A stretch of 64,000 nucleotides of DNA from Bacteroidales bacterium UBA4181 (GTDB lineage: Bacteria; Bacteroidota; Bacteroidia; Bacteroidales; UBA4181), in contig DFUR01000048.1 of the NCBI GenBank assembly GCA_002380425.1, positions 2,890-66,889 on the forward strand, given 5' to 3'. This document shows positions 9,515-20,494 of the stretch, piece by piece. Made by a program: the position numbers and the translations under genes. Under the pieces are notes generated by a model. The model saw only the letters and a list, made by a program, of their open reading frames with translations. It did not search any database and had not been told where the DNA came from. Every line of letters starts with the position of its first letter. Position 1 is the stretch's first letter.

Positions 9515-10222
9515 ATGGCAGAATATAAGAGAGTGTTGCTCAAACTGAGCGGTGAGGCTCTGATGGGTGGTAAGTCTTATGGTATTGATGAACAGCGTCT
9601 TATGGAATATGCCCGGGAGATTGGGGCAGCGACCAGGCTGGGCGTGTCGATAGGGATTGTATTTGGAGGCGGAAATATTTTTCGTGGTTTGAACGGAGTG
9701 GATAAGGGTTTCGACCGGGTGCGCGGAGACTACATGGGCATGCTTGCCACGGTGATCAACGGGCTGGCGATTCAGTCGGCCTTACAAAGTATCGGTGTGC
9801 CATCACGCTTGTTCACCGCGTTTTGCATGCAGCCCGTAGGTGAGGTTTTTTCCCGTGACCGGGTGCTGGAGTCGCTTCACCATGGAGAGGTGGCCATATT
9901 CAGCGGAGGTACCGGGAATCCCTACTTCACCACCGATACTGCCTCAGCATTGAGGGCCGTTGAAATGGATGCTGATGTTCTGCTAAAGGGAACGCGGGTG
10001 GATGGGGTGTATTCGGCCGATCCCGAAAAGGATCCTTCGGCGGTCAAGTATGCTTCACTCTCATTTGACCGGGCTTACGAGGAGAACCTCAAAATTATGG
10101 ACCTCACTGCATTCACACTTTGTAGGGAAAATCAAATGCCGATTATTGTCTTCGATATGAACAAGCCTGGAGAGCTGGTTCGGGTCCTTTCAGGAGAACC
10201 TGTCGGAACCATCATCAGATGA
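9515..10222 (+). CDS. pyrH: UMP kinase
   Basis: YKRVLLKLSGEAL...GGGNIFRG...TTDTAAALRA-like motifs. The track's TTG start at 9491 is replaced by the in-frame ATG at 9515. Confidence 0.93.
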   Translation: MAEYKRVLLKLSGEALMGGKSYGIDEQRLMEYAREIGAATRLGVSIGIVFGGGNIFRGLNGVDKGFDRVRGDYMGMLATVINGLAIQSALQSIGVPSRLFTAFCMQPVGEVFSRDRVLESLHHGEVAIFSGGTGNPYFTTDTASALRAVEMDADVLLKGTRVDGVYSADPEKDPSAVKYASLSFDRAYEENLKIMDLTAFTLCRENQMPIIVFDMNKPGELVRVLSGEPVGTIIR

Positions 10223-13092
10223 CCCGCCTGTTGCCTATACTCTGGTTTTTCGGGTTCCTCTGGTTCCTGCCCGGACTCTTCCTGTTCCCTTTGGTCGCGG
10301 CAGATGCCCCGCAAGTTACCCGGTTGTCCGACGGGGTTCAGATCCGTTTTTCCGGCAAAGACAAGCCGATGACATGGCTGCGGTTCCGGTTGATTTCCGA
10401 CCGGGTCGTACGGGTGAGTGCAACCATGAATGATGCTCTGGATCTTCAGGAACGTCTTATTGCACAGCCTCATTCTGACCCTCCACCCCGATTCCGGGTC
10501 AGGACGGTTCCCGGAGTGTTTGTTTCTCTCTCGACATCCCAAATGCAAGTGCAGGCTTCTCTGATAACCGGCGAGGTAAGATTTCTTGATGATAAGGGGG
10601 TGCCGATCCTTTCAGAGCGCGATGGGGGTGGTAAGACTTTTCAGCCGGTCACGGTGGACGGAGTGCATGCTTTCACCCTGCGGCAGGAGTTTGATTCTCC
10701 GGGCCGGGAGGCTATTTATGGTCTTGGCCAGCATCAGGCCCACCGCATGAACTACAAGGGAGCGCGTGAGGACCTGTTTCAATACAATACCAAGGTGTCT
10801 GTCCCATTCGTGGTTTCTACCCTCAATTACGGTTTGCTATGGGACAATTATTCGCTCTCGCGTTTTGGCGATCCCCGTCCCTTTGAACCATTATCCAGGC
10901 TTAAGTTGTTCGACGATCAGGGCAATCCGGGGGCTCTGACGGCTTCCTATTATGGTGGAGACGGAACTCTGATTACGCAACGCCGGGAATCCGGGATAGA
11001 GTACACTGATTTGGAATCGGTGAAAACCTTGCCCGACCGTGTGCCTCTTGCCAGGGCGCGGGTTACCTGGACGGGATGGGTGGAGGCTCCTGAGGAGGGC
11101 TTGCATCGCTTTCAGCTATATTATGCCGGGTATGCCCGGGTTCAGTTGGGTGGGGAATGGATGATGGAAGAGCGTTGGAGAACGGCCTGGAATCCTTCGG
11201 TGTGCACTTTTGAGAAAACGCTGTGTCCTGGGGAACGAGTTCCCGTTCGCATCGAATGGCGGCCTGACGGGGGGGGCTCCTACCTGGGGCTCAGCGTGTT
11301 AACCCCTATCCCGGAGGAGGACCGCCAACGGCTTTCGTTTTGGTCTGAGATGGGCGACCAGATTGACTACTATTTTATCCGGGGCAACTCAATGGATGAG
11401 GTTATTGCAGGTTACCGTCAGGTGACGGGCCAGGCGGTGCAGCTCCCGGCTTGGGCCTTTGGATACTGGCAGAGCCGGGAACGCTACAAGAGTGCCGACG
11501 AGTTGCTCCAGGTGGTCCGGACTTTCAGAGAACGGAGCATTCCTTTGGACAACATTGTTCTGGACTGGTTCTATTGGAAAGAGGACCAATGGGGAAGTCA
11601 TGAGTTTGACCCGGAACGCTTTCCCGATCCTGAAGGAATGGTGCGCAGCCTTCATGACGATTACCACACCCGCATCATGATTTCGGTGTGGCCCAAGTAT
11701 TACGTTGGTACAGAGCATTTTGAGGAATTTGACAGTAAGGGTTGGATGTATCGGCAGGCCATCCGCGATCAGGTCCGGGACTGGGTGGGCCGTGGTTATG
11801 TGGGCTCCTTTTACGATGCGTACCGTCCCGAAGCCCGGAAATTGTTCTGGTCCCAGCTCAGTGAACACCTTTATCCCAAGGGTTTCGATGCGTGGTGGCT
11901 GGATGCAACCGAGCCGGACATTCTCTCCAACGCATCTGTTGCGTATCGCAAGGTCTTAATGAATCCCACGGCACTTGGGCCTTCCACACAGTATTTCAAT
12001 GCCTACGCCCTGATGAATGCACGGGGAATATACGAGGGGCAGCGAACCCTGAATCCGGATAAGCGGGTGTTTATCCTCACCCGGTCGGGTTTTGCCGGCC
12101 TGCAAAACGCTGCAGCAGCCACCTGGAGCGGCGATATCGCCACCCGCTGGGAAGATATGAGGGCTCAGATTACAGCTGGGCTGAACTTCTCGATGTCTGG
12201 ATTACCTTACTGGACGATGGACATTGGCGGTTTCTCCGTGGAAAAGCGGTTTGAACAGGCCTTGGAGGGCTCTTCGGACATGGAGGAGTGGCGAGAGTTG
12301 AACGTGCGGTGGTTTCAGTTCGGGGCTTTCTGTCCCTTGTTCAGGGCGCACGGGCAGACTCCGTTCCGGGAGCCCTTTAATCTGTTTCCGGAGGGCCATC
12401 CCGGATACAGCGCAGTTACTGATGTCATCCGGATGCGTTATGCTTTGATGCCCTATATCTATTCGCTTTCCGGGGCGGTGTGGAAGAACGGTTACACGCT
12501 GATGCGTGGGTTGGCCATGGATTATCCCGATGACCCGCGGGTGTACGACCTTCCGGACCAATTCATGTTTGGGCCCTTTCTGATGGTGTGTCCGGTGACT
12601 GAATATAAGGCGCGTAACCGGGCCGTGTATTTTCCAGGAAGTGTGGGCTGGTACGATGTGTATAGCGGGCAATTTGTGCCGGGGGGTGACTCTGTACAAG
12701 TGCCTGCGCCTCTCGACAAAATGCCGTTGTTTGCCCGCTCTGGTGCTATTTTGCCCATGGGCCCGGAGATACAATACACTCAGGAAAAATCTGCAGACAC
12801 GCTTACTCTGTTTGTGTACACGGGTAAGGACGGAGATTTCGTTCTTTATGAGGACGATGGCCTGACTTATCAGTATGAGCAGGGAGCTTACTCGACCATA
12901 CCGATTCATTGGAATGACCGCCGGGCTATGCTAACCTTGGGCAAACGTCAGGGGAGTTTCCCCGGAATGCCGGAACGCAGGGTCTTTCGTGTGGTTCGGG
13001 TATCCCCCGCAGTTCCTGCCGCCTTTTCCAGACATACTCCCGTTGTCCGCCAGGTAGTGTACGAAGGGAGACGAATCACCTTGCATCTTTGA
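10219..13092 (+). CDS. Secreted GH31 glycoside hydrolase with a PA14-like insert (alpha-xylosidase/alpha-glucosidase type)
   Basis: Signal peptide. PA14-like block (TASYYGGDG...GLHRFQLYYAGYARVQLGG). GH31-type core (DAWWLDATEP, WSGDI, FRAHG). ATGA overlap with pyrH. Confidence 0.8.
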   Translation: MTRLLPILWFFGFLWFLPGLFLFPLVAADAPQVTRLSDGVQIRFSGKDKPMTWLRFRLISDRVVRVSATMNDALDLQERLIAQPHSDPPPRFRVRTVPGVFVSLSTSQMQVQASLITGEVRFLDDKGVPILSERDGGGKTFQPVTVDGVHAFTLRQEFDSPGREAIYGLGQHQAHRMNYKGAREDLFQYNTKVSVPFVVSTLNYGLLWDNYSLSRFGDPRPFEPLSRLKLFDDQGNPGALTASYYGGDGTLITQRRESGIEYTDLESVKTLPDRVPLARARVTWTGWVEAPEEGLHRFQLYYAGYARVQLGGEWMMEERWRTAWNPSVCTFEKTLCPGERVPVRIEWRPDGGGSYLGLSVLTPIPEEDRQRLSFWSEMGDQIDYYFIRGNSMDEVIAGYRQVTGQAVQLPAWAFGYWQSRERYKSADELLQVVRTFRERSIPLDNIVLDWFYWKEDQWGSHEFDPERFPDPEGMVRSLHDDYHTRIMISVWPKYYVGTEHFEEFDSKGWMYRQAIRDQVRDWVGRGYVGSFYDAYRPEARKLFWSQLSEHLYPKGFDAWWLDATEPDILSNASVAYRKVLMNPTALGPSTQYFNAYALMNARGIYEGQRTLNPDKRVFILTRSGFAGLQNAAAATWSGDIATRWEDMRAQITAGLNFSMSGLPYWTMDIGGFSVEKRFEQALEGSSDMEEWRELNVRWFQFGAFCPLFRAHGQTPFREPFNLFPEGHPGYSAVTDVIRMRYALMPYIYSLSGAVWKNGYTLMRGLAMDYPDDPRVYDLPDQFMFGPFLMVCPVTEYKARNRAVYFPGSVGWYDVYSGQFVPGGDSVQVPAPLDKMPLFARSGAILPMGPEIQYTQEKSADTLTLFVYTGKDGDFVLYEDDGLTYQYEQGAYSTIPIHWNDRRAMLTLGKRQGSFPGMPERRVFRVVRVSPAVPAAFSRHTPVVRQVVYEGRRITLHL

Positions 13093-13124
13093 AGACTTAA
13101 TGATACATTACACCAACAACGCTC

Positions 13125-15317
13125 ATGATTATGACTTCTGTTCTGAAACACCTGCTTTGTACCGGGTTGCTCCTGGTGCTGCTCCTGCTCCCTTCTCTCG
13201 CTCAGCCTCTTTCGTCGGGCGAGGAAGAGAAACTCATTAAAAGCTACTTGTCTCAAATGACTCTTGCCGAGAAGGTGGGTATGTTGCATGGAAACTCAAA
13301 GTTTACATCCACCGGGGTACCCAGACTGAACATCCCGGAGTGGCATCTTTCGGATGGTCCTCATGGAATTCGTGAAGAAATTCAACGGGATTCCTGGAAC
13401 CCCGCCGGATGGACGGATGATGCTTCTACCTGTTTTCCTACGGCAACGGCCCTGGCAGCAACCTGGAATCCTGCTCTTGCGCAACTCGAAGGAGAGGCTC
13501 TTGGGGAGGAAGCCCGGCACCGCAAGAAAGATGTGCTTCTTGGACCCGGAGTGAATATTCTGCGTACCCCTCTCGGTGGCCGTGGGTTTGAGTATCTCAG
13601 TGAAGATCCTTATTTGACATCTGTGATGGCTGTTGCATGGATTAAGGCTGTTCAAAGCCGGGATGTGGCCGTGAGCGTGAAGCATTTTCTCGCCAATAAT
13701 CAGGAGCATGAGCGTAACAGGGTGGATGTGACCATGAGTGAGCGTGCTTTGCGTGAGATTTACCTGCCAGCCTTCCGAGCCGCAGTGATGGAGGGCGGAG
13801 CCCTGACCGTGATGGGCGCCTACAACAAGTTCCGTGGGGTATGGTGTTGCGAGAATCCTTTTCTGGGACGTACACTACTGCGGAATGAGTTCGGATTCCA
13901 GGGCGTTTATTTGTCGGACTGGGGCGGGGTACACACCACGGTTGAGTCAGCCTTGGCGGGTCTGGACCTGGAAATGGGGACCAATGGCGCCTACAATAGC
14001 TATTTCTTTGCCGATCCATTGTTGCTGGCGGTCACCCAGGGCAAGGTTCCTGAGTCGGTGGTGAATGAGAAAGTTTCGAACATTCTCAGGGTGATGCTTC
14101 GCACGAAGGTGATAGGCCCGGAAGTTGATAAGCGGTTCCCGGGATCATTCAATACTCCGGAGCATCAGGCGGCAGCCTACAAGGTGGCCTCCGAATCGGT
14201 GGTGTTGCTGCGCAATGCAGGAGGTTTGCTCCCGCTAAATTTTTCCAAACTACGTTCCGTTGCAGTGATTGGCAGGAACGCCACCCACAAGCAGGCAGCC
14301 GGCGGCCAGAGCTCGGGTATTAAGGCCCTTTATGAGGTTACCCCGCTGGAAGCAATGCAAAAGAAGTGGGGAAGCCGGGTTCGTATTGATTATGTGCTGG
14401 GCTATGACAAACCTGAGCCGGTGGTCGAGAACGGACGCCGTCGGCCCGCAAATGATCTGGTGGCCAACCAAAAATTGCTCCAGGAAGCCGTTGAAACTGC
14501 CCGGAAGGCTGATGCCGTCATCTTTGTCGGGGGGCTTGATCATGACTATGATACCGAAGGCTCGGACAAACCTCATATGGAGCTTCCCTACGGTCAGGTT
14601 GAGGTCATTCAGGAGATCAGTAAGGTGAATCCAAATGTTGTGGTGGTCATCGTTGGCGGCTCTCCTGTAGATATGAACGGTATCGTGCACCGGGTCCCGG
14701 CTTTGGTGTGGGCGTGGTTCAACGGAATGGAAGCCGGGAATGCCCTTGCCGATGTTCTGGATGGCAAAGTGAATCCATCAGGTAAACTGCCCTTTACCCT
14801 GCCTTCATCGCTTAGCCAGTCGCCTGCCCATGCTCTGGGTAATTATCCCGGGAAGAATCTCAAGGTACATTACGAAGAAGATATCTTTGTGGGCTACCGC
14901 TGGTTTGACACCAAACAGATCCAGCCGCTGTTTCCATTTGGATTTGGGCTCTCCTACACAGATTTTGTGATTGATCAGCCCTCATTGAATAAGAAAGTCT
15001 ATGGTATGGCTGATCGGGTACAGGTGCAACTTACCGTACGCAATACAGGGAAGATTGCCGGTGCGGAGACTGTTCAGTTGTATGTGGGTGACCCCCAGGC
15101 TTCGGTGCCCCGGCCTCTGAAGGAGTTGAAGGCTTTTGCCAAAGTCTTCCTGCAGCCGGGAGAATCCCGCAAAATTACCCTCACGGTTCCGGTGGAACAT
15201 TGTGCCTTCTTTGAGGAAAAATCTGCAAAATGGGTGGTGGAACCCGGAGAATTTATGCTCTACGTGGGGAACTCTTCGCGGAACATTGTCCACGCCAAGT
15301 CATTCAATGTAAAATAA
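13125..15317 (+). CDS. Secreted GH3 beta-glucosidase (BglX-like) with a C-terminal Fn3-like domain
   Basis: Signal peptide plus GH3 motifs KHFLANNQE and GVYLSDWGG (nucleophile Asp context), and a C-terminal [10 protein letters not shown]...L.PGES beta-sandwich. Confidence 0.88.
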   Translation: MIMTSVLKHLLCTGLLLVLLLLPSLAQPLSSGEEEKLIKSYLSQMTLAEKVGMLHGNSKFTSTGVPRLNIPEWHLSDGPHGIREEIQRDSWNPAGWTDDASTCFPTATALAATWNPALAQLEGEALGEEARHRKKDVLLGPGVNILRTPLGGRGFEYLSEDPYLTSVMAVAWIKAVQSRDVAVSVKHFLANNQEHERNRVDVTMSERALREIYLPAFRAAVMEGGALTVMGAYNKFRGVWCCENPFLGRTLLRNEFGFQGVYLSDWGGVHTTVESALAGLDLEMGTNGAYNSYFFADPLLLAVTQGKVPESVVNEKVSNILRVMLRTKVIGPEVDKRFPGSFNTPEHQAAAYKVASESVVLLRNAGGLLPLNFSKLRSVAVIGRNATHKQAAGGQSSGIKALYEVTPLEAMQKKWGSRVRIDYVLGYDKPEPVVENGRRRPANDLVANQKLLQEAVETARKADAVIFVGGLDHDYDTEGSDKPHMELPYGQVEVIQEISKVNPNVVVVIVGGSPVDMNGIVHRVPALVWAWFNGMEAGNALADVLDGKVNPSGKLPFTLPSSLSQSPAHALGNYPGKNLKVHYEEDIFVGYRWFDTKQIQPLFPFGFGLSYTDFVIDQPSLNKKVYGMADRVQVQLTVRNTGKIAGAETVQLYVGDPQASVPRPLKELKAFAKVFLQPGESRKITLTVPVEHCAFFEEKSAKWVVEPGEFMLYVGNSSRNIVHAKSFNVK

Positions 15318-15324
15318 CTCAGTC

Positions 15325-16275
15325 ATGAAAAAGATTGCCCATGGAATTTCCGATCTTATCGGAGACACACCGTTGCTGAGGCTCGCACACTTTATGTCCC
15401 TCAGAGAGGCGCAGGCCGATATCCTTGCTAAACTGGAGTATTTCAATCCCGGGGGAAGCATCAAGGACCGGATTGCCCTGGCCATGATTGAGGATGCTGA
15501 GAATAAAGGTTTCTTGAAAAAGGGAGCCCTGATAGTGGAGCCTACCAGCGGAAATACGGGGGTAGGCCTGGCCATGGTAGCTGCGGCTAAGGGTTATCCC
15601 TTGGTGCTGACCATGCCCGAAACCATGAGTATTGAGCGCAGAAATTTGCTTAAGGCACTTGGAGCCTGCATCGAACTCACTCCTGGTGCCGAAGGGATGA
15701 AAGGCGCCATTCGCCGGGCTGAGGAGATATCTGCAGCGCATCCCGGCTCGTTCATACCGCAGCAATTTCAGAACCCCGCGAACCCCCGGATACACCGGCT
15801 GACGACCGGGGAGGAAATCTGGCGGGATACGGACGGATCGGTGGATATTCTGGTGTGCGGTGTCGGCACCGGCGGGACTATTTCCGGAGCAGGCGAGGCC
15901 CTGAAGATGCGGAATGCCCGGATACAGGTGGTTGCCGTGGAGCCTGACGAATCCCCGGTGTTGTCCGGCGGAGCGCCTGGCCCGCACAAGATTCAGGGCA
16001 TCGGAGCCGGTTTTGTTCCCGACGTGCTCCGTATGGAAGTGATTGACGAGATTATACGGGTGCCTGGCGATGAGGCAATACGTGCCGGCCGTCAGGTGGC
16101 ACGATGTGAGGGCCTGCTGGTAGGGATCTCTTCGGGAGCAGCGTTGTATGCAGCCGCGCAGCTGGCTTGTCGCCCTGAGAACAAAGGGAAACAGATTGTT
16201 GTGATTCTCCCTGATACCGGGGAGCGTTATTTGTCCACCTTGCTTTATGCTTTTGAAGATTATCCTTTAGACTGA
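15325..16275 (+). CDS. cysK: Cysteine synthase A / O-acetylserine sulfhydrylase family PLP enzyme
   Basis: [15 protein letters not shown] (PLP Lys), TSGNTG and GTGGT loops; 316 aa. Confidence 0.85.
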   Translation: MKKIAHGISDLIGDTPLLRLAHFMSLREAQADILAKLEYFNPGGSIKDRIALAMIEDAENKGFLKKGALIVEPTSGNTGVGLAMVAAAKGYPLVLTMPETMSIERRNLLKALGACIELTPGAEGMKGAIRRAEEISAAHPGSFIPQQFQNPANPRIHRLTTGEEIWRDTDGSVDILVCGVGTGGTISGAGEALKMRNARIQVVAVEPDESPVLSGGAPGPHKIQGIGAGFVPDVLRMEVIDEIIRVPGDEAIRAGRQVARCEGLLVGISSGAALYAAAQLACRPENKGKQIVVILPDTGERYLSTLLYAFEDYPLD

Positions 16276-17417
16276 TGAATATGCAATTTTCTACACTTGC
16301 CGTATGGGGGGGGCAGGACCCCGATCCCCAGACAGGGGCCGTAATTTCCCCGATTTATCCAACCAGTACTTATGCCCGGGCCGATCTGGACGAGCACAGG
16401 ACGTTTGAGTATTCCCGAACGGGTAATCCCAATCGTGCTGCGTTAGAGAAATGTTTGGCGATGCTGGAGCATGGCTCTCAGGCTTTTCTCTTTGCTTCGG
16501 GCGTTGCTGCCACCCATGCTGCACTTTCGTTGCTGAAACCGGGCGATCACATTATTTCGCCAGATGATATCTATGGAGGTACTTTTCGTTTGCTCGATCA
16601 GGTGCTGGCCACCGCGGGTATCGGAATTTCGTACGTTGATGCCTCTGACCTGCAGGAAGTGGCTGCTGCGTTCCGGCCCACAACCCGTATGGTCTGGCTG
16701 GAAACACCCACCAACCCGCTCCTGAAAATTTTCGATATCGCAGCCCTTGCAGAGCTTTCACACCGCAAAGGCGCTCTTTTGGCAGTGGACAATACTTTTG
16801 CCACGCCCTATTTTCAAAATCCGCTGGACCTGGGTGCAGATATTGTGGTGCACAGCACCACCAAGTACATCAACGGACACTCGGATGTAATCGGGGGCTG
16901 CGTGATTATCGCCAAAGAAGAACATGCCGGAGCCATGCGCTTTCAACAGAATGCTTTGGGCGCTGTGCCCAGCCCGTTTGATGTGTGGCTTACCCAGAGA
17001 GGTCTCAAAACCCTTCCCCTGAGGATGCAGCAGCACGAGAAGAACGCTGTGGCAGTTGCCGATTTTCTCAATAGCCACCCGCGTTGTGAGTCCGTCTTTT
17101 TTCCGGGGCTCAAAACCCACAAGAACCATGAAGTTGCATGCAGGCAGATGTCGGGCTTTGGGGGTATGGTTTCCTTCCGTATAGCGGGGGGCAGGGAGGA
17201 GGTGAATCAGTTTGTGCGAAAGCTCAGTTTGTTCTCTCTGGCTGACAGTTTGGGGGGGGTGGAATCCCTGGTGAATTATTCTACTCTGATGACGCATGGC
17301 AGTTTCCCCCAGGCTCTGAAGGATAAAATTGGGATTACCTCCAACCTGGTTCGGCTTTCTGTAGGTATTGAGGATATTGAGGATTTGCTTTACGACCTTC
17401 GACAGGCTCTAGCCTGA
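16275..17417 (+). CDS. Cys/Met-metabolism PLP enzyme (cystathionine gamma-lyase / gamma-synthase family)
   Basis: HSTTKYINGHSDVIGG (PLP Lys) and ESLGGVESL motifs; 380 aa. The start overlaps the cysK stop. Confidence 0.85.
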   Translation: MNMQFSTLAVWGGQDPDPQTGAVISPIYPTSTYARADLDEHRTFEYSRTGNPNRAALEKCLAMLEHGSQAFLFASGVAATHAALSLLKPGDHIISPDDIYGGTFRLLDQVLATAGIGISYVDASDLQEVAAAFRPTTRMVWLETPTNPLLKIFDIAALAELSHRKGALLAVDNTFATPYFQNPLDLGADIVVHSTTKYINGHSDVIGGCVIIAKEEHAGAMRFQQNALGAVPSPFDVWLTQRGLKTLPLRMQQHEKNAVAVADFLNSHPRCESVFFPGLKTHKNHEVACRQMSGFGGMVSFRIAGGREEVNQFVRKLSLFSLADSLGGVESLVNYSTLMTHGSFPQALKDKIGITSNLVRLSVGIEDIEDLLYDLRQALA

Positions 17418-17528
17418 TCAGAAAAATTCATTCTTAGGATCTGTTTCGGAGGGTGTGGTGAGGTTTTTTTTATACCTTTACACAGATGGATTTTGTGTTC
17501 GTATTGTTCGTACTAATTAGATCATACA

Positions 17529-17975
17529 ATGCTTCAGGTTGGGGATAAGGCTCCTGATTTCGAGGGGGTGGATCAAGACGGGGCAAGGGTGTCTCTTGCG
17601 CAGTATGCGGGGAAAAAATTGGTGCTGTATTTTTATCCCAGGGACAATACCCCCGGTTGTACTGCCGAGGCGTGTAGCCTGAGGGATGCTTATGAACAGT
17701 TGCTTTTGCATCGCTACGATGTGGTGGGTGTTAGTGCAGACAGTGTGGCCTCGCACCGGAAGTTTGCCGGGAAATACCAGCTTCCCTTCCGTCTGATTGC
17801 CGATCCAGAGAAACGGATTCTTTTGGCATACGATGCCTGGGGAGAAAAAAAACTTTACGGAAAGCCCTATATGGGGGTGTTGCGTAAGACCTTCCTTATT
17901 TCCGGGGAGGGCATTGTGGAACAGATTATTGACAAAGTGGATACCGCCCGACACGCGGACCAGATACTTAAATAA
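17529..17975 (+). CDS. bcp: Thioredoxin-dependent peroxiredoxin Bcp
   Basis: YFYPRDNTPGCTAEAC peroxidatic Cys motif; 148 aa. Confidence 0.9.
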   Translation: MLQVGDKAPDFEGVDQDGARVSLAQYAGKKLVLYFYPRDNTPGCTAEACSLRDAYEQLLLHRYDVVGVSADSVASHRKFAGKYQLPFRLIADPEKRILLAYDAWGEKKLYGKPYMGVLRKTFLISGEGIVEQIIDKVDTARHADQILK

Positions 17976-17984
17976 ACATAGACT

Positions 17985-19013
17985 ATGGAAGAAAAGGATG
18001 TTCGCAGGGAAATGAATAAGGATAAGCTCAAGGCATTGCAGCTAACCCTTGACAAAATTGATAAGGATTTCGGCAAGGGGGCCATCATGAGAATGAGCGA
18101 CAAGGCCATTCAGGAGGTTCCCTCCATTTCAACCGGCTCCATCGGTCTGGATGCAGCCCTGGGTATCGGAGGCTTTCCCAGAGGACGGGTGGTAGAGATA
18201 TATGGTCCGGAATCGTCCGGAAAGACCACTCTGGCTATTCATGCCATAGCTGAGGCGCAGAAAGCCGGTGGTATCGCTGCGTTCATTGATGCCGAGCATG
18301 CCTTCGACCGCACTTATGCTCAGAAACTGGGCGTGGATATGGATAATCTTTATGTTTCCCAGCCGGACAACGGGGAACAGGCCCTTGAGATTGCTGACTC
18401 GCTGATTCGTTCCGGGGCCATTGACATCATTGTGATTGACTCAGTTGCTGCATTAACCCCAAAAGCTGAGATCGAGGGGGATATGGGAGATTCCAAGGTG
18501 GGCCTTCAGGCCCGGCTGATGTCGCAGGCATTGCGGAAGCTTACAGCCAATATCAGCAAGACAAATACCTGCTGTATCTTTATCAACCAGTTGCGGGAAA
18601 AAATCGGGGTGATGTTTGGCAACCCTGAAACTACTACCGGGGGAAATGCACTGAAATTTTATGCTTCCGTGCGTATTGATATCCGCAGGACCACCCAGAT
18701 TAAGGAGGGGGAAGAAGTCAGTGGCAACCGGGTGAAAGTTAAGATTGTCAAGAACAAAGTGGCTCCTCCCTTCCGGAAGGCAGAGTTCGATATTATTTAC
18801 GGGGAGGGCATTTCCCGAATTGGCGAGATTGTCGATCTGGGAACCGAGTTGGGCATCATTAAAAAGAGCGGTTCATGGTTCAGCTATGGAGATGTGAAGC
18901 TGGGTCAGGGTCGGGATGCTGTAAAACAATTGATGAGGGATAACCCTGAGTTGGCTGAGGAACTTGAGAAGGGTATTCGTGAAGGGCTGGATAAGACTCC
19001 TTTGACAGACTGA
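17985..19013 (+). CDS. recA: Recombinase RecA
   Basis: Walker [25 protein letters not shown] and [30 protein letters not shown]. Confidence 0.97.
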   Translation: MEEKDVRREMNKDKLKALQLTLDKIDKDFGKGAIMRMSDKAIQEVPSISTGSIGLDAALGIGGFPRGRVVEIYGPESSGKTTLAIHAIAEAQKAGGIAAFIDAEHAFDRTYAQKLGVDMDNLYVSQPDNGEQALEIADSLIRSGAIDIIVIDSVAALTPKAEIEGDMGDSKVGLQARLMSQALRKLTANISKTNTCCIFINQLREKIGVMFGNPETTTGGNALKFYASVRIDIRRTTQIKEGEEVSGNRVKVKIVKNKVAPPFRKAEFDIIYGEGISRIGEIVDLGTELGIIKKSGSWFSYGDVKLGQGRDAVKQLMRDNPELAEELEKGIREGLDKTPLTD

Positions 19014-19023
19014 CGCTCTGAGT

Positions 19024-19860
19024 TTATACAAATACCGGTTCCATGGGGAGGTCATGCAGAAGTCCTGCGTGATGTCCCCTGCTGAATAACTCCCTCATGG
19101 CCAGTGTGCCCTTCTCTCCCGTATGCACGGAGAATTCGTTGACGTAGAGATGTATATGTGCCTGGCACACGTCTGGGTCCATACTTTGAGCGTATTCCCG
19201 GACAAAGTTGGCGGATGCTTCGGGGTGTGCCAGGGCGTAGGCCACGCTGGCGCTGAGGCTCCGGTTGAGTGCTTGTTTGGTGGCTTCCGGCAGGTCCCTC
19301 CGAACCGCAACGGCCCCCAGAGGGATGGGCAATCCGGTGGTTTCTTCCCACCATGTGCCGAGGTCTTCCAAAGAAACGAGTCCACGCTTCTGAAAAGTGA
19401 ATCGGGTTTCGTGGATCAGCAGGCCGGCATCGGCCCTGTGGTCTGTGAGGGCTTGCTCAATGTCAGAAAAAAGCATCACTTCCTTGTGGGTGGCGTCAGG
19501 ATGTGCGATGGAAAGTAGCAGATGGGCGGTGGTGTGCCACCCGGGGATGGCAATCCTCATGCGTGGAAGCTCCGAAAGCGGGAACGGATTGCGGGCGATC
19601 AGCAGAGGACCGTTTCCGTATCCCATCGCGGCTCCGGAAGTGAGTAACTGGTAGTGCTGTGAAATCTCTGGGTAATGGGCGCAACTGATCTTGATCACGT
19701 CCGCTGCATTGGCCCGGGCAAGTTGGTTCAGCGTTTCAATATCATGGAAACCAGTGTGAAACGACAGACCTTCAGTTTCCGACAGATGATGTAGCAGAGC
19801 GTGAAACATAAAGGTGTCGTTAGGACAGGGGGAGATGTTCAGTCTCAGCGAAGGTTTCAT
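19024..19860 (-). CDS. mqnD: 1,4-dihydroxy-6-naphthoate synthase MqnD (futalosine pathway)
   Basis: MKPSLRLNISPCPNDTFMFHALLHH is a MqnD-type N-terminus. The track ORF (to 20244) is trimmed to the ATG at 19860 because its extension runs out of frame through mqnB. Confidence 0.78.
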   Translation of the reverse strand: MKPSLRLNISPCPNDTFMFHALLHHLSETEGLSFHTGFHDIETLNQLARANAADVIKISCAHYPEISQHYQLLTSGAAMGYGNGPLLIARNPFPLSELPRMRIAIPGWHTTAHLLLSIAHPDATHKEVMLFSDIEQALTDHRADAGLLIHETRFTFQKRGLVSLEDLGTWWEETTGLPIPLGAVAVRRDLPEATKQALNRSLSASVAYALAHPEASANFVREYAQSMDPDVCQAHIHLYVNEFSVHTGEKGTLAMRELFSRGHHAGLLHDLPMEPVFV

Positions 19861-19861
19861 G

Positions 19862-20494
19862 TCACAGGGAGGTGAGCAACTTGGGGATGGACGCTTCAAG
19901 GGCCCTGATGGCCCGTGGAATTTCCCACTGTACCCGATTGTCCGGTGCGACCGGGTTGGAGATGGCTCTGATCTCATGGAAGGGCTGGCTAAGGGACAGA
20001 CATACATAAAACAAGGCGGCACTCTCCATGGTTTCGATGTCGGGGTTAAACTCCCGGCAGATTCTGCTGATGGTTGGCTCGCTCCCGCTGACTGTGTCAA
20101 CCGTAACGCCGGTGACGCACCCCAGTCCGGGGAGAGGAGTTGTGGTCTGTTCCAGCCAGGGTCCGGTGAAGGGGTGTGCGTTGCAGAATCCCAACCGAAA
20201 GCCTGGAATAAAAGCTCCGGAACGCTCTGCGCCCAAGGCAGCAAAAGTATCTCTGCGAACCTGAAGCACGGTCCCGGGGGGATAAGAGGGCTGGAAACTG
20301 CCGGCCACTCCGATATGGAGTACCAGATCGCAGGCCTGTGTCTGTAATCTTTGGGTCAGGTGAAACACAGTGGCGGCAACCCCGATCCCTGTGATCAGTA
20401 CCTCAGGACAGACGCCGGTCTGATTCCGGATCATGGCAGGAAGAGAGGCGATTTCTTGATTGGTGGCGGCCACCAGCAGGATGCGGGTTTTCAT
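19862..20494 (-). CDS. mqnB: Futalosine hydrolase MqnB (PNP/UDP nucleosidase fold)
   Basis: ITGIGVAAT, GVAGS, ETMESAA and IRAISNPVAPDNRVQW motifs; 210 aa. ATGA overlap with recF. Confidence 0.72.
   Translation of the reverse strand: MKTRILLVAATNQEIASLPAMIRNQTGVCPEVLITGIGVAATVFHLTQRLQTQACDLVLHIGVAGSFQPSYPPGTVLQVRRDTFAALGAERSGAFIPGFRLGFCNAHPFTGPWLEQTTTPLPGLGCVTGVTVDTVSGSEPTISRICREFNPDIETMESAALFYVCLSLSQPFHEIRAISNPVAPDNRVQWEIPRAIRALEASIPKLLTSL

Noticed and set aside
19861-20244. N-terminal 128 codons of the 406-aa track ORF (19024..20244, minus strand)
   Set aside because: The extension is Pro/Ser/Ala-rich, has no recognisable fold, and runs out of frame through the well-supported mqnB gene. 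The MqnD-like sequence begins exactly at the internal ATG at 19860, 1 nt after the mqnB stop.
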